A stretch of DNA of 63,725 nucleotides, counting the filler, from Octopus bimaculoides (Eukaryota), in NCBI RefSeq assembly GCF_001194135.2. It is 4 parts of 4 records of this genome, joined end to end, with 100 filler letters (N's around TTAATTAATTAA, not from the genome) between each part and the next. Parts side by side here need not be neighbours in the genome. Positions count along the whole stretch, not along the records: positions 1 to 24,919 come from NC_068986.1; 3 more parts are not named here. The stretch is one strand, 5' to 3'. A model generated the notes under the pieces. It was not told the origin of the DNA and did not search any database. It was given only the letters and a program-made list of their open reading frames with translations. The number at the start of each line of letters is the position of its first letter. Positions within the stretch are counted from its first letter, which is position 1. The translations under genes were made by a program, and so were the position numbers. Below, one piece after another: positions 11,534-24,919 of this stretch.

Positions 11534-13123
11534 GTGCGCGTCCTGATCATTAGTCAATTATTCTATTTCATATTCATGCTCTGTACTCAACTAACAGTTT
11601 TTCTGAAGTATATGTACATTGAGTTCGAACATCAGGTTATGTTTTTGCATCTCAATATAAACTACCTCTCAAATTACAAACAGAGTACTTTGTAATTTGA
11701 GTGGTATTTGTCAGCTATTTTATTGCAATTAGTCGAGCGGAATGTAATAGTGTTTCTCTCATTTATGTGAAGGGGTCGTGACATTTGCATTTGTTGTGTT
11801 TAACAATGTATTTTCCTCTATAATTTATGAGGATGTTCATTAAATTCATACAAAAATATGGAAATTAGAGAGCCAATAATACCAACAGTGGAACAATTTA
11901 ACAAATCTAGAAATATACAAATATTATTATTATTATCATTATTATTATTTTTAGTGTTGCACATGGTCTAACCGCTCCGTATACTTTTGCCTTTCTTTAA
12001 TTCTCCGTTGAGATAACTACTGCGCATATAAACTGAACAGATGATTATGGTGTACTATATAAAACTACCATTACTCACAGAATGTAATTATGTGTGCTAG
12101 GTCATCTATGTGTATTGGAAGCAAAACAATCAGTGCAAAGAATAAGTTGCACAGCTCTGTTGCGCTGCATTTATGTAGTTCATAAATACGAAACAAAATA
12201 CTAGGGTTCATATTTCAGATCAAAAATATTAAAGATGACAGTCTGGAACATTTGCATCAGCAAAAGCGTGTTTCTTTGTCTGCGATAGCCATACTTTTTC
12301 TCGATGGCCATGCAGGGAGCTTACCGTGAGTTCTGTTTCATTCTTTCTTACCCCATTCTTAATACAAATTCATTTATGTATCTAATTGAGAGTTCTTATA
12401 ACAGATGCTTCACACGACGGAGAAAATATATCTTCATGGTACGCTAAAGAATATTCCTTTCCCACAACGTAATGGATACTGTAAGATCTTTATCCAGAAA
12501 GTTAACACATTTATACGCAGATTTTGATGCAAGGCATACCACAATTTGATCAAAGTTATAAACCCAAGGATAAGTACTACACCAACTGAGAAAATCACCC
12601 AGAATTCCTACACCTATTCATAAAGCAGAAAATTTATACTGCTTGGATATTAATCTTTACAAAACATCTGATACTGAAGGAAATGTATAAGCATTACAAT
12701 ATGGTAGACAAATCTAACTTAACTAACATTAATGTTTTTGGACGGAGTATTCTAAACTCTTCTAATTCTGCTGATAGAACTGAAACCCTTACACATAACT
12801 CCTTAAGAATTAATCTCAAGCACCATAAGCCAAATGTTCCCTCTCTAAACACATTGTATGCTTGATTTGCTCTAGAAAATCAAACATTGGTAAAATTATT
12901 GTTAGGGTTCTTCTTAGTAGTAAATATTCACTCTGTTTATGGTCTAAACATATCAAGTTATCAAGTAACTCAGCACGGGTTAGGGACCTCGAGGGAAAAT
13001 AGTTATTGCCTGAGTGCAACACCTTAACGACTAAACCATGTACCTACACACACATACACACACACACACACATATACATACATATATATATACATATATA
13101 TATATATACATACATACATATAT

Positions 13124-13162
<39 letters not shown>

Positions 13163-14042
13163 TATATATATACATATATGCATATACATGCTCTTGACCA
13201 TAGATCTTCTCAGTCATGTTAAACTTGTGGCTAACCTACATCCGCTACACCTGACAATATTATATTCAGTGAAATTTAATTTATATCTATTCATGACAAA
13301 TAGATTTAATCTGAAATATTGTGATTGAAATGTACGTCATGAATATGCATAATAAATTTTTAGATTGACTCAAGTCTATTTATTAGCACGAATGATGCAT
13401 AGGGGAAAATAGTCGTATATAATATAACTGGTTCTTTCATTGCTGTTCTGCGGAAAGATGGAACTGGACAAAGTTTGAGAATGAAAGTAAAATGATATGG
13501 CTAACTACAGCAATAAATTTGCTAATCTAGTGCTTCTATATTTAATAAAGGTCACTAGCATAAGTAAAAAGCTATTCATTTTGTAGTAGGGTACACTCTA
13601 CAACGCTGAATTTAGTTATTTACTCGTTCTTATTTCATGGACCAAAGAACGAGGTTTTAACTCTAAGGTAACATAGATCTCAGTGTGAGCTGAACTACAA
13701 AAGTAATGAGATTTCGGAAAGTACTGGAAGGCATTTTGTCTCCCCGCAAATTTTCCAAACGACCGCCAACCGTTCGTTTATATATAGTAATAGGATTATC
13801 GATTTTGTACCCAATTTAGCCAATGCTCTTGCTTTTGATGTTAACTGTCAGAAATGAAAATAAATACAATCTAAAATATTTCAAAAATGCATGGATTACA
13901 TTTCTCTCGAAGAATACATTTTATTTGAATTGGAGATTCAATGTGCAGCATATAATCGCCTTAATAAAGATGCACGGTGTTTTTTTTCCTTCTATATACA
14001 TACATATTCATACGGAGAGACAAACTAATAAATAGATAGATG

Positions 14043-14084
<42 letters not shown>

Positions 14085-14087
14085 TGG

Positions 14088-14128
<41 letters not shown>

Positions 14129-14259
14129 GATAGAGAGATAGATTTATATATATAGATTATGTGTGTGTATGTGTGTGTATGTATGCTTGTATGTATGTAT
14201 ATATGTATGTATGTATGTAAAAACAAACAGTAAATGAGTATATGCATATATACGTACAG

Positions 14260-14401
14260 GTATGTGCATACCGACATCCACCTGTATGTATAGGTGCATA
14301 TCTGGGTACAGGACATTGCAAACAAAACGTAGACGAGAAAACACGCAAGCCACATAGAGAACATTCCTCTTCATCAGCTACCCCCGTTTTAACACCGGCG
14401 T
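14260..14401 (-). mobile_element. Family E repeat, truncated by a (TATG)n tract inside the hammerhead-like motif
   Basis: Minus ACGC-N20-CTGATGAAGAGG has the same spacing as the 11024-11079 copy; upstream gggtacaggac and caagccacat blocks are shared. Confidence 0.6.
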
Positions 14402-15070
14402 ATGTATGTATGTATGCATGTATATATNNNNNNNNNNNNNNNNNNNNNNNNNNNNNNNNNNNNNNNNNNNNNNNNNNNNNNNNNNNNNNNNNNNNNNNNN
14501 NNNNNNNNNNNNNNNNNNNNNNNNNNNNNNNNNNNNNNNNNNNNNNNNNNNNNNNNNNNNNNNNNNNNNNNNNNNNNNNNNNNNNNNNNNNNNNNNNNNN
14601 NNNNNNNNNNNNNNNNNNNNNNNNNNNNNNNNNNNNNNNNNNNNNNNNNNNNNNNNNNNNNNNNNNNNNNNNNNNNNNNNNNNNNNNNNNNNNNNNNNNN
14701 NNNNNNNNNNNNNNNNNNNNNNNNNNNNNNNNNNNNNNNNNNNNNNNNNNNNNNNNNNNNNNNNNNNNNNNNNNNNNNNNNNNNNNNNNNNNNNNNNNNN
14801 NNNNNNNNNNNNNNNNNNNNNNNNNNNNNNNNNNNNNNNNNNNNNNNNNNNNNNNNNNNNNNNNNNNNNNNNNNNNNNNNNNNNNNNNNNNNNNNNNNNN
14901 NNNNNNNNNNNNNNNNNNNNNNNNNNNNNNNNNNNNNNNNNNNNNNNNNNNNNNNNNNNNNNNNNNNNNNNNNNNNNNNNNNNNNNNNNNNNGCATACAT
15001 ACATACATACATACAAACATACATACACACATACATACAAGCATACATACATACATACATACATACATAC

Positions 15071-15365
15071 ATTACCACAGAGAAGCCCTGAATGTAAAGC
15101 ACTCACCATACAAAAAAGGCTATGCATGGATATGATACCTGGAAGCTAGAATACGGCAGTAGAATGACACAAGACCACTACATCACATCACATCACACTT
15201 TGAAGGCTTTGTGCTTGCAATCCCGAAACAGGAGATTGCCACAAAGTACTTGGCAAACAAGAGATACAGTGACGCTTTCATAATCGCAAGGTGCAACTGC
15301 ATGTGTAGGCTATGTCATGTTTCTGTGGAAGACATTACGCACGTGATTAGTAGCTGTCCTAAAAC
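15071..15365 (+). mobile_element. R4/Dong-like non-LTR retrotransposon fragment (CCHC zinc finger)
   Basis: SHFEGFVLAIPKQEIATKYL..CRLCHVSVEDITHVISSCPK; preceded by (CATA)n at 14993-15070. Confidence 0.75.
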
Positions 15366-15690
15366 TGACAAGGGTCATGGAATGTGCGTGGGTGTAGCAC
15401 AAGTGAGGCAAAGAGGAGAAAGGTGAGGAGCGTGATGATGAGGAGAAGAATGGATGTGCTGGTACAGAGCGAAACTAAGATGAAAGAAACGAGTGAGTAT
15501 CAGTTTGGGGATGTGATTGTCGGGAGTGGAAGCGGGGTACGTGAGGGAGTGGGATTGCTGGTGAATGAACGTGTGAAGATGAGTGTAATGGAATGGAGAG
15601 AAGTGTCTTCAAGACTATGGATAGGGTGGGGAAAAGTGGTTATGTGGTGGTGCTGGGTGATTTGAATGCGCCGCGAGTGGCGGAATGAGG
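15366..15690 (+). mobile_element. RTE-like LINE fragment (APE endonuclease N-terminus)
   Basis: WNVRGCSTSEAKRRKVRSVMMRRRMDVLVQSETKMK..GSGVREGVGLLVNERVKMSVMEWREVSSRL carries the APE motifs N-V-R-G, E-T-K and G-V-G-L-L. Confidence 0.7.
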
Positions 15691-15867
15691 AAGCAGAAAA
15701 TACCTCCCTATGTGACACGATATTGTCACTAAAACAATTTACAATGTCATCCGCAAAATGACTGTCCTGAAATAAACTTAGAAATTCCTTCTGTTATGCC
15801 TGGGGTGTCTTGTTGTGGCCACTCCCTCGTAAAATGATGAGGAATAGGCCTGAGTACATTGTTTGTT

Positions 15868-16161
15868 CTTTTATTCTTTTATTTGTTTCAGTTATTTGAC
15901 TGCGACCATGCAGGAGAATCGCTTCTAGTCGAACAAATCGACCCCTGTACTTATTCTTTGTAGCCTAGTACTTATTCTTTCGGTCTCTTTTGCAGAACCG
16001 CTAAGTTACAGGGGCCTAAACACTCCCACATCGGTTGTCAAGCGATGGTGGGGGACAAACACAGACACACAAACATACACACAAACACACACACACACAT
16101 ACACACATATATATATATACACCACCTGTCCTCGTCTGTTGTTGTTTTTTCGTATATTCTC

Positions 16162-16192
<31 letters not shown>

Positions 16193-16353
16193 CGATGGGC
16201 TTCTTTCAGTTTCCGTCTACCAAATCCACTCACGAGGCTTTGGTCAACCCGAGGCTATAGTAGAAGACACTCGCCCAAGTTTCCACGCAGCGGGACTGTA
16301 CCCGGAACCACGTGTTTGCTAAGCAAGCTACTTACCACAGAGCCACTCCTGCG
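15868..16353 (-). mobile_element. SINE family A, near full length
   Basis: tRNA-like head (minus gcaggagtggctctgtggtaagtagcttgc..gttccgggtacagtccc), body, central microsatellite and tail all present. Confidence 0.9.
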
Positions 16354-16960
16354 CTTATATTTATGAAAAAGAAATTCTAAAAGGTCTGGTCATGATGTCT
16401 AGGTCGCGCCATTAGTTTTTCTATATTATCCAAGTTAATATTAGCAAATATAGCAGTTTATTATTGTTTAAAAATGTCTACACAGACTTTCCAGGAAAAA
16501 AAATTTGTCGGACATTAAATCCCCCAATGCGTCTTCACTTTTCGAAAATAGATTATCAGTGATATTTGGCTGCTATTTCAAGCATAAGAGAAACCACATG
16601 AAGTATAGCTAATTGATATGATTTTCTATTTGTGGAAGCTATTAGTTCATACCCAAAGTATTTTGGTCTCTAAAAATAATGATATTAGTAAAGCATTAAT
16701 TATTGGTGGATACACAGATGGTTATTTTCGTATAAGATCGGATTATTTATCGTATAATCGTTTAATAGTATTAATAACCTTTCACACAAATGACACAGCG
16801 CCATTCTATACACAGATACATGCACACAAGTATTTGCATGTGTGTGCATGTGTGTTTCAGAGTGCGTGCGTGTGTGTACGTGTGTGTGTGTATGTGCGTG
16901 TCTACATAGGCACAAGAATTATAAAATTGCCAGACCAAAAACAATGACACGCACAGATAT

Positions 16961-16998
<38 letters not shown>

Positions 16999-17230
16999 GC
17001 ACACGCTCACGCATACACATGCACACATACACATAGTAAAACATATCAAATATATAGTTATAGGAATAGATATTCAGTTAGATAAATAGATAAAGAGAGA
17101 GATATCCACATTTATTATCTATCTATCGAGCTATATATGTACATGTGTATATNNNNNNNNNNNNNNNNNNNNNNNNNNNNNNNNNNNNNNNNNNNNNNNN
17201 NNNNNNNNNNNNNNNNNNNNNNNNNNNNNN

Positions 17231-17470
17231 ATATATATATATATATAAAGTGAAAAAAGTATAGGAAATATGCACAAACGAAAACAGACACAGAATGGGA
17301 AGTTTAAAAAAACATATATTAAATGCACAAATGGTCGGAAGACATATATTAAAGGCAGATGCGAACGGAAAACAGACACGAAAAGTCCCTCATTCCTCAT
17401 TAGTTTTCGACCGGTGGGTAATGACGCAAATTCGTGCCTTTAACGATAAGATTACTTCCCTGTTGGAGGC
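17231..17470 (-). mobile_element. (TA)n-anchored repeat with a collapsed hammerhead-like motif, homologous to 1699-1760
   Basis: Minus GGCACGAATTTGCGTCATTACCCACCGGTCGAAAACTAATGAG aligns with plus 1719-1760 GGCGAGAAATTGCGGTTGATCCTCTGGCCGAAAACAGATGAG. Confidence 0.5.
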
Positions 17471-17864
17471 ATCCTCAAGAGTGACGCAGAATATTGGAGT
17501 GAGAAGAAACAAACAATACATGGATAACGAGCGATACAGAGGTAAACATGCGAAAGTGAATAAATGTAAGAGTATGGACGATGGACAAAAAGGAAAGGAA
17601 TAAAAATTAAAAAAAAAAACAGAATGCAGCTTTAAGGCCTGATGAAGGCAGAATAAGTGTAACGGTTAGAGGGAAATCATAACGGATTGGAAACAGAAGA
17701 GCAACAAACAGCGAGACAGTGTGAAGGGGAGACTAAACAATATACGACCAGTCACCTCAGCGATCGCTGGAAAAAAAAGAACAGAGAGAAAGAAAAAAAG
17801 GAATGATCACAGATAACGTATCAGCAACAGGCAGAGGGAGATAGAGAGGGCAGAGGAGGACGAG

Positions 17865-17865
<1 letters not shown>

Positions 17866-17898
<33 letters not shown>

Positions 17899-17903
17899 AG
17901 AGA

Positions 17904-17985
<82 letters not shown>
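17866..17985 (+). repeat. (GA)n microsatellite
   Basis: Direct reading. Confidence 0.95.
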
Positions 17986-17987
<2 letters not shown>

Positions 17988-18097
17988 GAAGAGATGGTGA
18001 GAGAAGAAAAGGAGAAAGAAGAAAGCCTAGAAATAGAAGTCGCTCAGATATATATAATTAACTTACTGTTAATAAAAACCAGGCTGTGTTGCGTTCC

Positions 18098-18152
<55 letters not shown>

Positions 18153-19177
18153 GATAGTCATTCATATATAAAATCAATATATTTGTATGGTTATGTATAG
18201 GTATGCAGATGAACGCGTGGCGAAGTGTAGGAAAACTTCATGCAATTTCTTTATTTATACTTTCAGTATTGCAGTGTCATATAATAACTGTTATTCAGCA
18301 CTATTATCGTTATTTATAACTGCAGCCGATGTTCCTATAGTTCGGCTGCTGTCAGTCTAATATACTTAGAATAAATTGTAGCCCTGTTGACTGATTTTGA
18401 ATTTATCTACTATATTCGCAAAGTATGGGAGCCCTTTCCGTAGTGAATAATTATACTTATGTTTGGACAGAGCGAGCGTGTTCAGCTACATTACATAAGG
18501 CTACATAGTAAGTTGCGGCGTTTGCACAAATGGAACATATTTTATGTTGCAATTTTCCCTTCTTTATGGATAGGTCTTTTATACGCATAATTATGTACAC
18601 GTATGTGCAGTAGTAATAAATATTCACGTGCACTCAAACATAATACATTTTCATTCACACGCATAGTCGCATGAGACGTACATGCGCATACAGACAATTA
18701 TGCATACCCCTTTACATATAGTCACATATAGTCACATATCGCACGTATAGTCACATATACACATGCACTCACATACAGACACACCTACACATATACGGAT
18801 ATACATATGTACAAATTTATGTGCGTATGTATGCGCATACACATGCATGTGTGTTGAGGTAGTTACATAATAAATTGCACGTCCATACATACTCAATGTT
18901 GTACACATTAAATACGTTGCCATTGTTACGTGCTTATGTGTTGGCTTATTAAACGTAAATACGTTCATCTTTGAGAGATGGATACACATGCACATATACT
19001 ACTCTTTTCAATAATAGCGCACATAGGCCTTTATCCTCTGGAGCGAAATACATCAAATACAGACGAAAATGCTTGAGAAATAAGTGGAGGGTGGAGGGAT
19101 TAGAAAAACCAGAAAGGTGAGAAGAAATGAGGGGAAAAGAGAAATGTGGGTTAAACCATGATATATATTTAGATATA

Positions 19178-19426
19178 AGGCGGCGAGCTGGTAAGGAAGG
19201 CGCGCAGGCAGAAACGTAAGCACGCCGGGCCAAATGCTTAGCAGTATTTCGTCTGCCGTTTCGTTCTGAGTTCAAATTCCGCCGAGGTCGACTTTGTCTT
19301 TCATCCTTTCGGGGTCGATAAATTAAGTACCAGTTACGCACTGGGGATCGATGTAGTAGACTTAATCCTTTCGTCTGTCCTTGTTTGTCCCCTCTATGTT
19401 TAGCCCCTTGTGGGCAATAAAGAAAG
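19178..19426 (+). mobile_element. tRNA-derived SINE family B, tail type A (Tx1-like)
   Basis: ggcggcgagctgg..agcacgccggg..gttctgagttcaaattccgccgaggtcgac..; ends tttagccccttgtgggcaataaagaaa. Confidence 0.9.
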
Positions 19427-19427
19427 A

Positions 19428-19630
19428 AGAAACGTTAGCTCGCCGGGCGAAATGCTTAGCGGTATTTCGTCTGTCTTTATGTTCTGAGTTCAAATTCCGC
19501 CGAGGTCGACTTTACTTTTCATCCTTTCGGGGTCGATAAGTTAAGTACCAGTTGCGCACTGGGGTTAATCTAATCGACTGGCTCCATCCCCCAAAATTTC
19601 GGGCTTTGAGCCTCGTATAGAAAAGAATAT
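19428..19630 (+). mobile_element. SINE family B, 5'-truncated tandem copy, tail type B
   Basis: Same body as 19178-19426 but ends ccccaaaatttcgggctttgagcctcgtatagaaaagaat. Confidence 0.85.
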
Positions 19631-21484
19631 ATATTTAGATACCGTATCTAAAATCATTACAAAATGGAAACACTTTAAAAAAACGTTTACGTCGAACATG
19701 AAACCCACTTCCATCTCAATCATCCTCAATGTCTCCAGTTGACCAGGGACTGCATTATACCCCTCAAACCAATTCAACAATGACAAGTGAACACTATATA
19801 TCACCCTAAAATAATGGGACACTTGTTCATCATCATTTACAGATATTTAAGGATTCTGTTAAACCCCATTTCTCCTCCATCAGCAATCCAAAAGTTGCCT
19901 GTGTCATCTACTCTTACAAAACAACTCCACTACCAAATGTTTAACCTTTTTCTTCACCTTCTTTATCATCACTACATCTTCCCATTTAATGTTTGCAAGA
20001 CTCAAAAAGATCGGATGAATATCCACATATGCCGGTGCACATATGGAAAGCTATTCGCCCGGCCGTCAATCTTGGGTTATATTTAAAAGCGGTTAGCAGA
20101 CATGCGTTTGAGCACCCCAAATATACACATGAATGCCCGTGAGTACATAGTTTTCATGAATATAGGATTGTGAATGGAATTATGTTTTAACATATTGGTT
20201 TCTCTACAAACATGCATACTCATACATAGTTCCATACTAACGTGCATCGGTGTATATCCGCGTATTTGTATGTAACTATTTATGCGTGTATATAAAGCGT
20301 ATGTATAAGTGCATGCAGGAGCAAATGACATAGGATTACACTTATGTGTATATATTTCAGTATGTGTGTGAGTGAACATGTAACTTGATAGCGGCCGCCT
20401 GTACCTGCACATTTGGAAATATGTAGGAGATACAGATAAATTCAGGGGCAATTGCAACAAAATATAAGCATTATTTATACAAACTCTACAACTTATATAT
20501 GCACCTTATATATGCGGAAATATGGTTGAACATGCTCGCTCTATTTGACCGTGCTTACAATTGTTCACTACAACAAGAGGATTCTATAGTGTGACACAAA
20601 ATATAGGAGATAGTTTACAATCGTCAACGGGATATAAACTACCACTGATCTTTAAACAACCGCACATTTCACGCCATGGATTCGACGGTGACATTTTTGA
20701 CATCAGATGTTTTGTTTCCAGGACTTTTCAACACGGTGAAAATTTGGTTTTCATTCTAGATGCCAACTAACTTTCAGTCACAACTACTAAACTACTCGAC
20801 TACTAAACTTCGTTTAACTTTCTGTCTCGCTTTTATGTATAGAATGGTTGGTAAATTATTGACAAAATGTCTAAAAGAAAAATTTTTCTCGCTATGAATT
20901 TCCGTAGATTTTTGATAAAGTAGAGCTGACAGAAAAGTTAAATTTGGCAATGTCAGCAGAAAAATCGGAGAGGAAGAAAGAGACACAGAAATACTGAGAT
21001 GAATTAAATCTCCCACACCTTGCTACAAACACGTCCCTCTCTTTCACACACACTCTCTTTCACACACACACACTTTCTCTCTCTTTCTCTTTCTTTTTAT
21101 CTCTTTCTCTTGTCTCTCTCACATACACACACACACATACACACTCTTTATGCGTGTGATCTTACTTTATATGATTGCGATTGGTGCAATTTGGAATATG
21201 ATGTTTCTGTCGTCCTCTCAATCTTTCACACGCTCACTTTCTTTCACTCTTTTCCCCCTCTCTCGCCATCTCTCTCTTTATCTATCTATATATTTATCTC
21301 TCATTTTCTCTCTCTTTCTTTCACCTACTCTGTTTATTTTGTGAGCATATTTTTCTTAAGGTGTGCTACGAGAGAGTAAGTGTTTGTAGCAATGGTTTTC
21401 AGTTTAAAAGTCGTTATATATCTATACATATCTAGCTATCAATTTCTGTCTTTCTCCACGTAAGGGTATATATATATATATACA

Positions 21485-21515
<31 letters not shown>

Positions 21516-22148
21516 TTATTTATGTATGTATTTCTGTACGAGTGTGCCAAAACCATCGCCAAAACAGCTTCCGTGTCCATTCAGCCGTATCAAATCACCA
21601 CCAGCAAAATCACTGCGCCCTTTAGTCTCATTCCGCTTAGTAGTAACATTGGTTTTGGTCGTGAACAAACGGTAGCAGTGTTGCAGAAGTATTATCTAAA
21701 GGAAACTAGCAATACATCATATATAACTAAATTTTGTCAGTTTTTAAAATATATTGTGTAATTATGTATTTGATATATATATATATATATATATANNNNN
21801 NNNNNNNNNNNNNNNNNNNNNNNNNNNNNNNNNNNNNNNNNNNNNNNNNNNNNNNNNNNNNNNNNNNNNNNNNNNNNNNNNNNNNNNNNNNNNNNNNNNN
21901 NNNNNNNNNNNNNNNNNNNNNNNNNNNNNNNNNNNNNNNNNNNNNNNNNNNNNNNNNNNNNNNNNNNNNNNNNNNNNNNNNNNNNNNNNNNNNNNNNNNN
22001 NNNNNNNNNNNNNNNNNNNNNNNNNNNNNNNATATATACATATATATATACATACATATATATATATATAAATGTATGTATGTATATATATATATATATA
22101 TACATATATACATATATATATACATACATATATATGTATAAATGTATG

Positions 22149-22184
<36 letters not shown>

Positions 22185-22412
22185 CGTGTGTGAATATATT
22201 TATATATGTGTTTGTATACACACACACACACACACACACACTCACACATATAGTAAAGTCATTCGCTGCGTCAGAGTGGTTGTTCCATGTTACTACTGGT
22301 TTAACCACAGGCAGATTGTTCGCCAGTTGGATATCGGTGCAACAGTAGCAGGTGGAGCGAACCGCAACCATCCTGTAGCAAACACTGGATTGCGAGACTG
22401 ACTCTACGCACA

Positions 22413-22527
22413 AAGCCCGAAATTCTTGGTGAGGGGGACAGTCGATTAGATCAACCCCCAGTACTCAACTGGTACTTAATTTATCGACCCCGAAAGGATG
22501 AAAGGCAAAGTCGACCTCGGCGGAATG
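22413..22527 (-). mobile_element. SINE family B fragment
   Basis: ctggtacttaatttatcgaccccgaaaggatgaaaggcaaagtcgacctcggcggaat is the reverse complement of the family B body. Confidence 0.85.
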
Positions 22528-22566
22528 CAAGCAATATATATTGTATATTTTCGGTCGTCGCATCAC

Positions 22567-24870
22567 TACCCCTTCCCTAGCTCTATGTCGTCCCGACAAA
22601 ACAAACAACATCTCTACTCCTAAATTGATTCTTTTCTCTCTCAGACTTTCTTAGCAAGTGGATCCAACCCCTGCAGGTGTGCTCCAGCTGAACTGTCCAG
22701 AGCCATGGTACTTCCACAGACGGTTTGCGTGTACAATTTTCGGAGAAGTTCTCCTGCCTCCTCGAATCCGGTATGTCACATCGGACAGGCGATCCATTAC
22801 TGTATAAGGCCCTTCCCATGGACTCTGCAACTTCGGTGACTGTCCTCTTTTCCGCCTGGGGTTATGAAACCACACTTCATCACCCTCTTTAAAGTTGACT
22901 TCACTAGCCCGCGTGTCGTGCCGACGCTTCATTACTTCNNNNNNNNNNNNNNNNNNNNNNNNNNNNNNNNNNNNNNNNNNNNNNNNNNNNNNNNNNNNNN
23001 NNNNNNNNNNNNNNNNNNNNNNNNNNNNNNNNNNNNNNNNNNNNNNNNNNNNNNNNNNNNNNNNNNNNNNNNNNNNNNNNNNNNNNNNNNNNNNNNNNNN
23101 NNNNNNNNNNNNNNNNNNNNNNNNNNNNNNNNNNNNNNNNNNNNNNNNNNNNNNNNNNNNNNNNNNNNNNNNNNNNNNNNNNNNNNNNNNNNNNNNNNNN
23201 NNNNNNNNNNNNNNNNNNNNNNNNNNNNNNNNNNNNNNNNNNNNNNNNNNNNNNNNNNNNNNNNNNNNNNNNNNNNNNNNNNNNNNNNNNNNNNNNNNNN
23301 NNNNNNNNNNNNNNNNNNNNNNNNNNNNNNNNNNNNNNNNNNNNNNNNNNNNNNNNNNNNNNNNNNNNNNNNNNNNNNNNNNNNNNNNNNNNNNNNNNNN
23401 NNNNNNNNNNNNNNNNNNNNNNNNNNNNNNNNNNNNNNNNNNNNNNNNNNNNNNNNNNNNNNNNNNNNNNNNNNNNNNNNNNNNNNNNNNNNNNNNNNNN
23501 NNNNNNNNNNNNNNNNNNNNNNNNNNNNNNNNNNNNNNNNNNNNNNNNNNNNNNNNNNNNNNNNNNNNNNNNNNNNNNNNNNNNNNNNNNNNNNNNNNNN
23601 NNNNNNNNNNNNNNNNNNNNNNNNNNNNNNNNNNNNNNNNNNNNNNNNNNNNNNNNNNNNNNNNNNNNNNNNNNNNNNNNNNNNNNNNNNNNAACTGCTG
23701 CGATGTCTCCGACAGCTCTAGGTCCTGCAACACATCGGGCCTCACAAAAGTCTGTCCCGAGGCCGAATCGATCACCAGAGAACACGTCCGGCCGTTGACT
23801 TTTCCGTTCACTCTTAGGCTGTCAATCACAGACCCTGCATGCCGTCTCAAGTGTGGGGCTTCTTCGGAACGTCTGGCTGGTGGTTGCCCCTCAACACCAG
23901 CTCCTCTTCGTTTTTCGACTCCGTTTCCTGTCGGGCAGCCACGAATCAGGTGTCCCAGATACTGTACTTCCTTCTGAAACAGACTGCACTTCTTCGGGTT
24001 CAACTTGAGGTCTGCAGTTCGAAACCTCTCTCGCCGCCAACTGTAGCAGTCTCGCCGCCTGTGTCCGTCTTTTCCACAGTGCCAACAACACACACTAGTC
24101 GTCTCCTCATTCCGCCTACTAAGTCCTTCAACTTCACGGACTTTTACTCTTCTTGCCCCGAATCCAGAGCTTCCACTCACTCGTAAATTTCCGATGCTCG
24201 GTTTCATACAGGACTCGCACTCTTGAGCCCTAGCCAACGCTTCTTGTAGCAACAGCACCCACTTCAGGTTTAGCGACCTTTGGCTCGGCAGCACAAAATA
24301 TCTCCACACGCTCCGTCCTCTCATTGGGCTTTTCGATCTGCTGCTCACAACATACGACATCACTACTCAGTCCGCGGAACTCCTCCCGCATCTGTTGTTG
24401 CCTCCTGTATTCAGCGAAGTCCTCCCGCATCTGCTGTTNNNNNNNNNNCTGTTGTTGCCTCCTGTATTCAGCGAAGTCCTCCCGCATCTGCTGTTGCTCT
24501 TTTCTGAGTTCAGCGAAGCCCTCCTTCAGCATCTTCACAACCAAGGCCAGGGATACTTCCTCCTTCCTAGCCTGACCCTTCGCACGCGCACCCTCCGAAG
24601 CCATGACGAACAACCAACTCACTGCATCAATTTTTAGATCCCACTTCTGACACCAATTTGTTACGAACACCCGCACGCGAAGCACCCTCTTAACACCGAA
24701 GGGGGGCTCGCGCATGCGCGAACGTTCAACACTCAGTGAGCCAGCAAAATTCGTCTGTCGGTACAATCCTGACCGATAATAAAGCCCCGGCTGGAGCACG
24801 TAACGAAGAACAACACAGGCAAATAGGACGGGGAGGAAGAAACAACACGAAGACCATGCGTTGGGTAACC
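22567..24870 (-). mobile_element. Ty3/gypsy LTR retrotransposon, internally deleted or rearranged (LTR, PBS, gag, zinc knuckle, protease, integrase C-terminus, PPT)
   Basis: LTR end ..CGTAACA at 24659; PBS TGGTGTCAGAAGTGGGAT at 24638-24655 (complement of a tRNA-Leu 3' end); coiled-coil gag; CWHCGKDGHRRRDC knuckle; protease-like LVIDSAS; after the gap, GPY motif SPKLQSPWEGPYTV; PPT AGGGAAGGGGTAG at about 22567-22580. The outer LTR boundary is approximate. Confidence 0.85.
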
Positions 24871-24919
24871 TTTTCTTTTTCTTTACATACATAACATCAC
24901 AGAATACATTTAAAACATT

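Noticed and set aside
12540-13020. Possible LINE or PLE coding remnant
   Set aside because: No diagnostic motif could be read with confidence in any frame.
17637-17655. Isolated CCTGATGAAGG word on the plus strand
   Set aside because: No matching stem II-GAAA partner nearby.
20561-20770. 69-aa ORF in non-repetitive sequence
   Set aside because: No convincing splice signals or homology recognised.
22651-24363. 570-aa ORF as an intact gag-pol
   Set aside because: About 250 residues are N; the frame joins mismatched modules, and the element is far too short for a complete gypsy.
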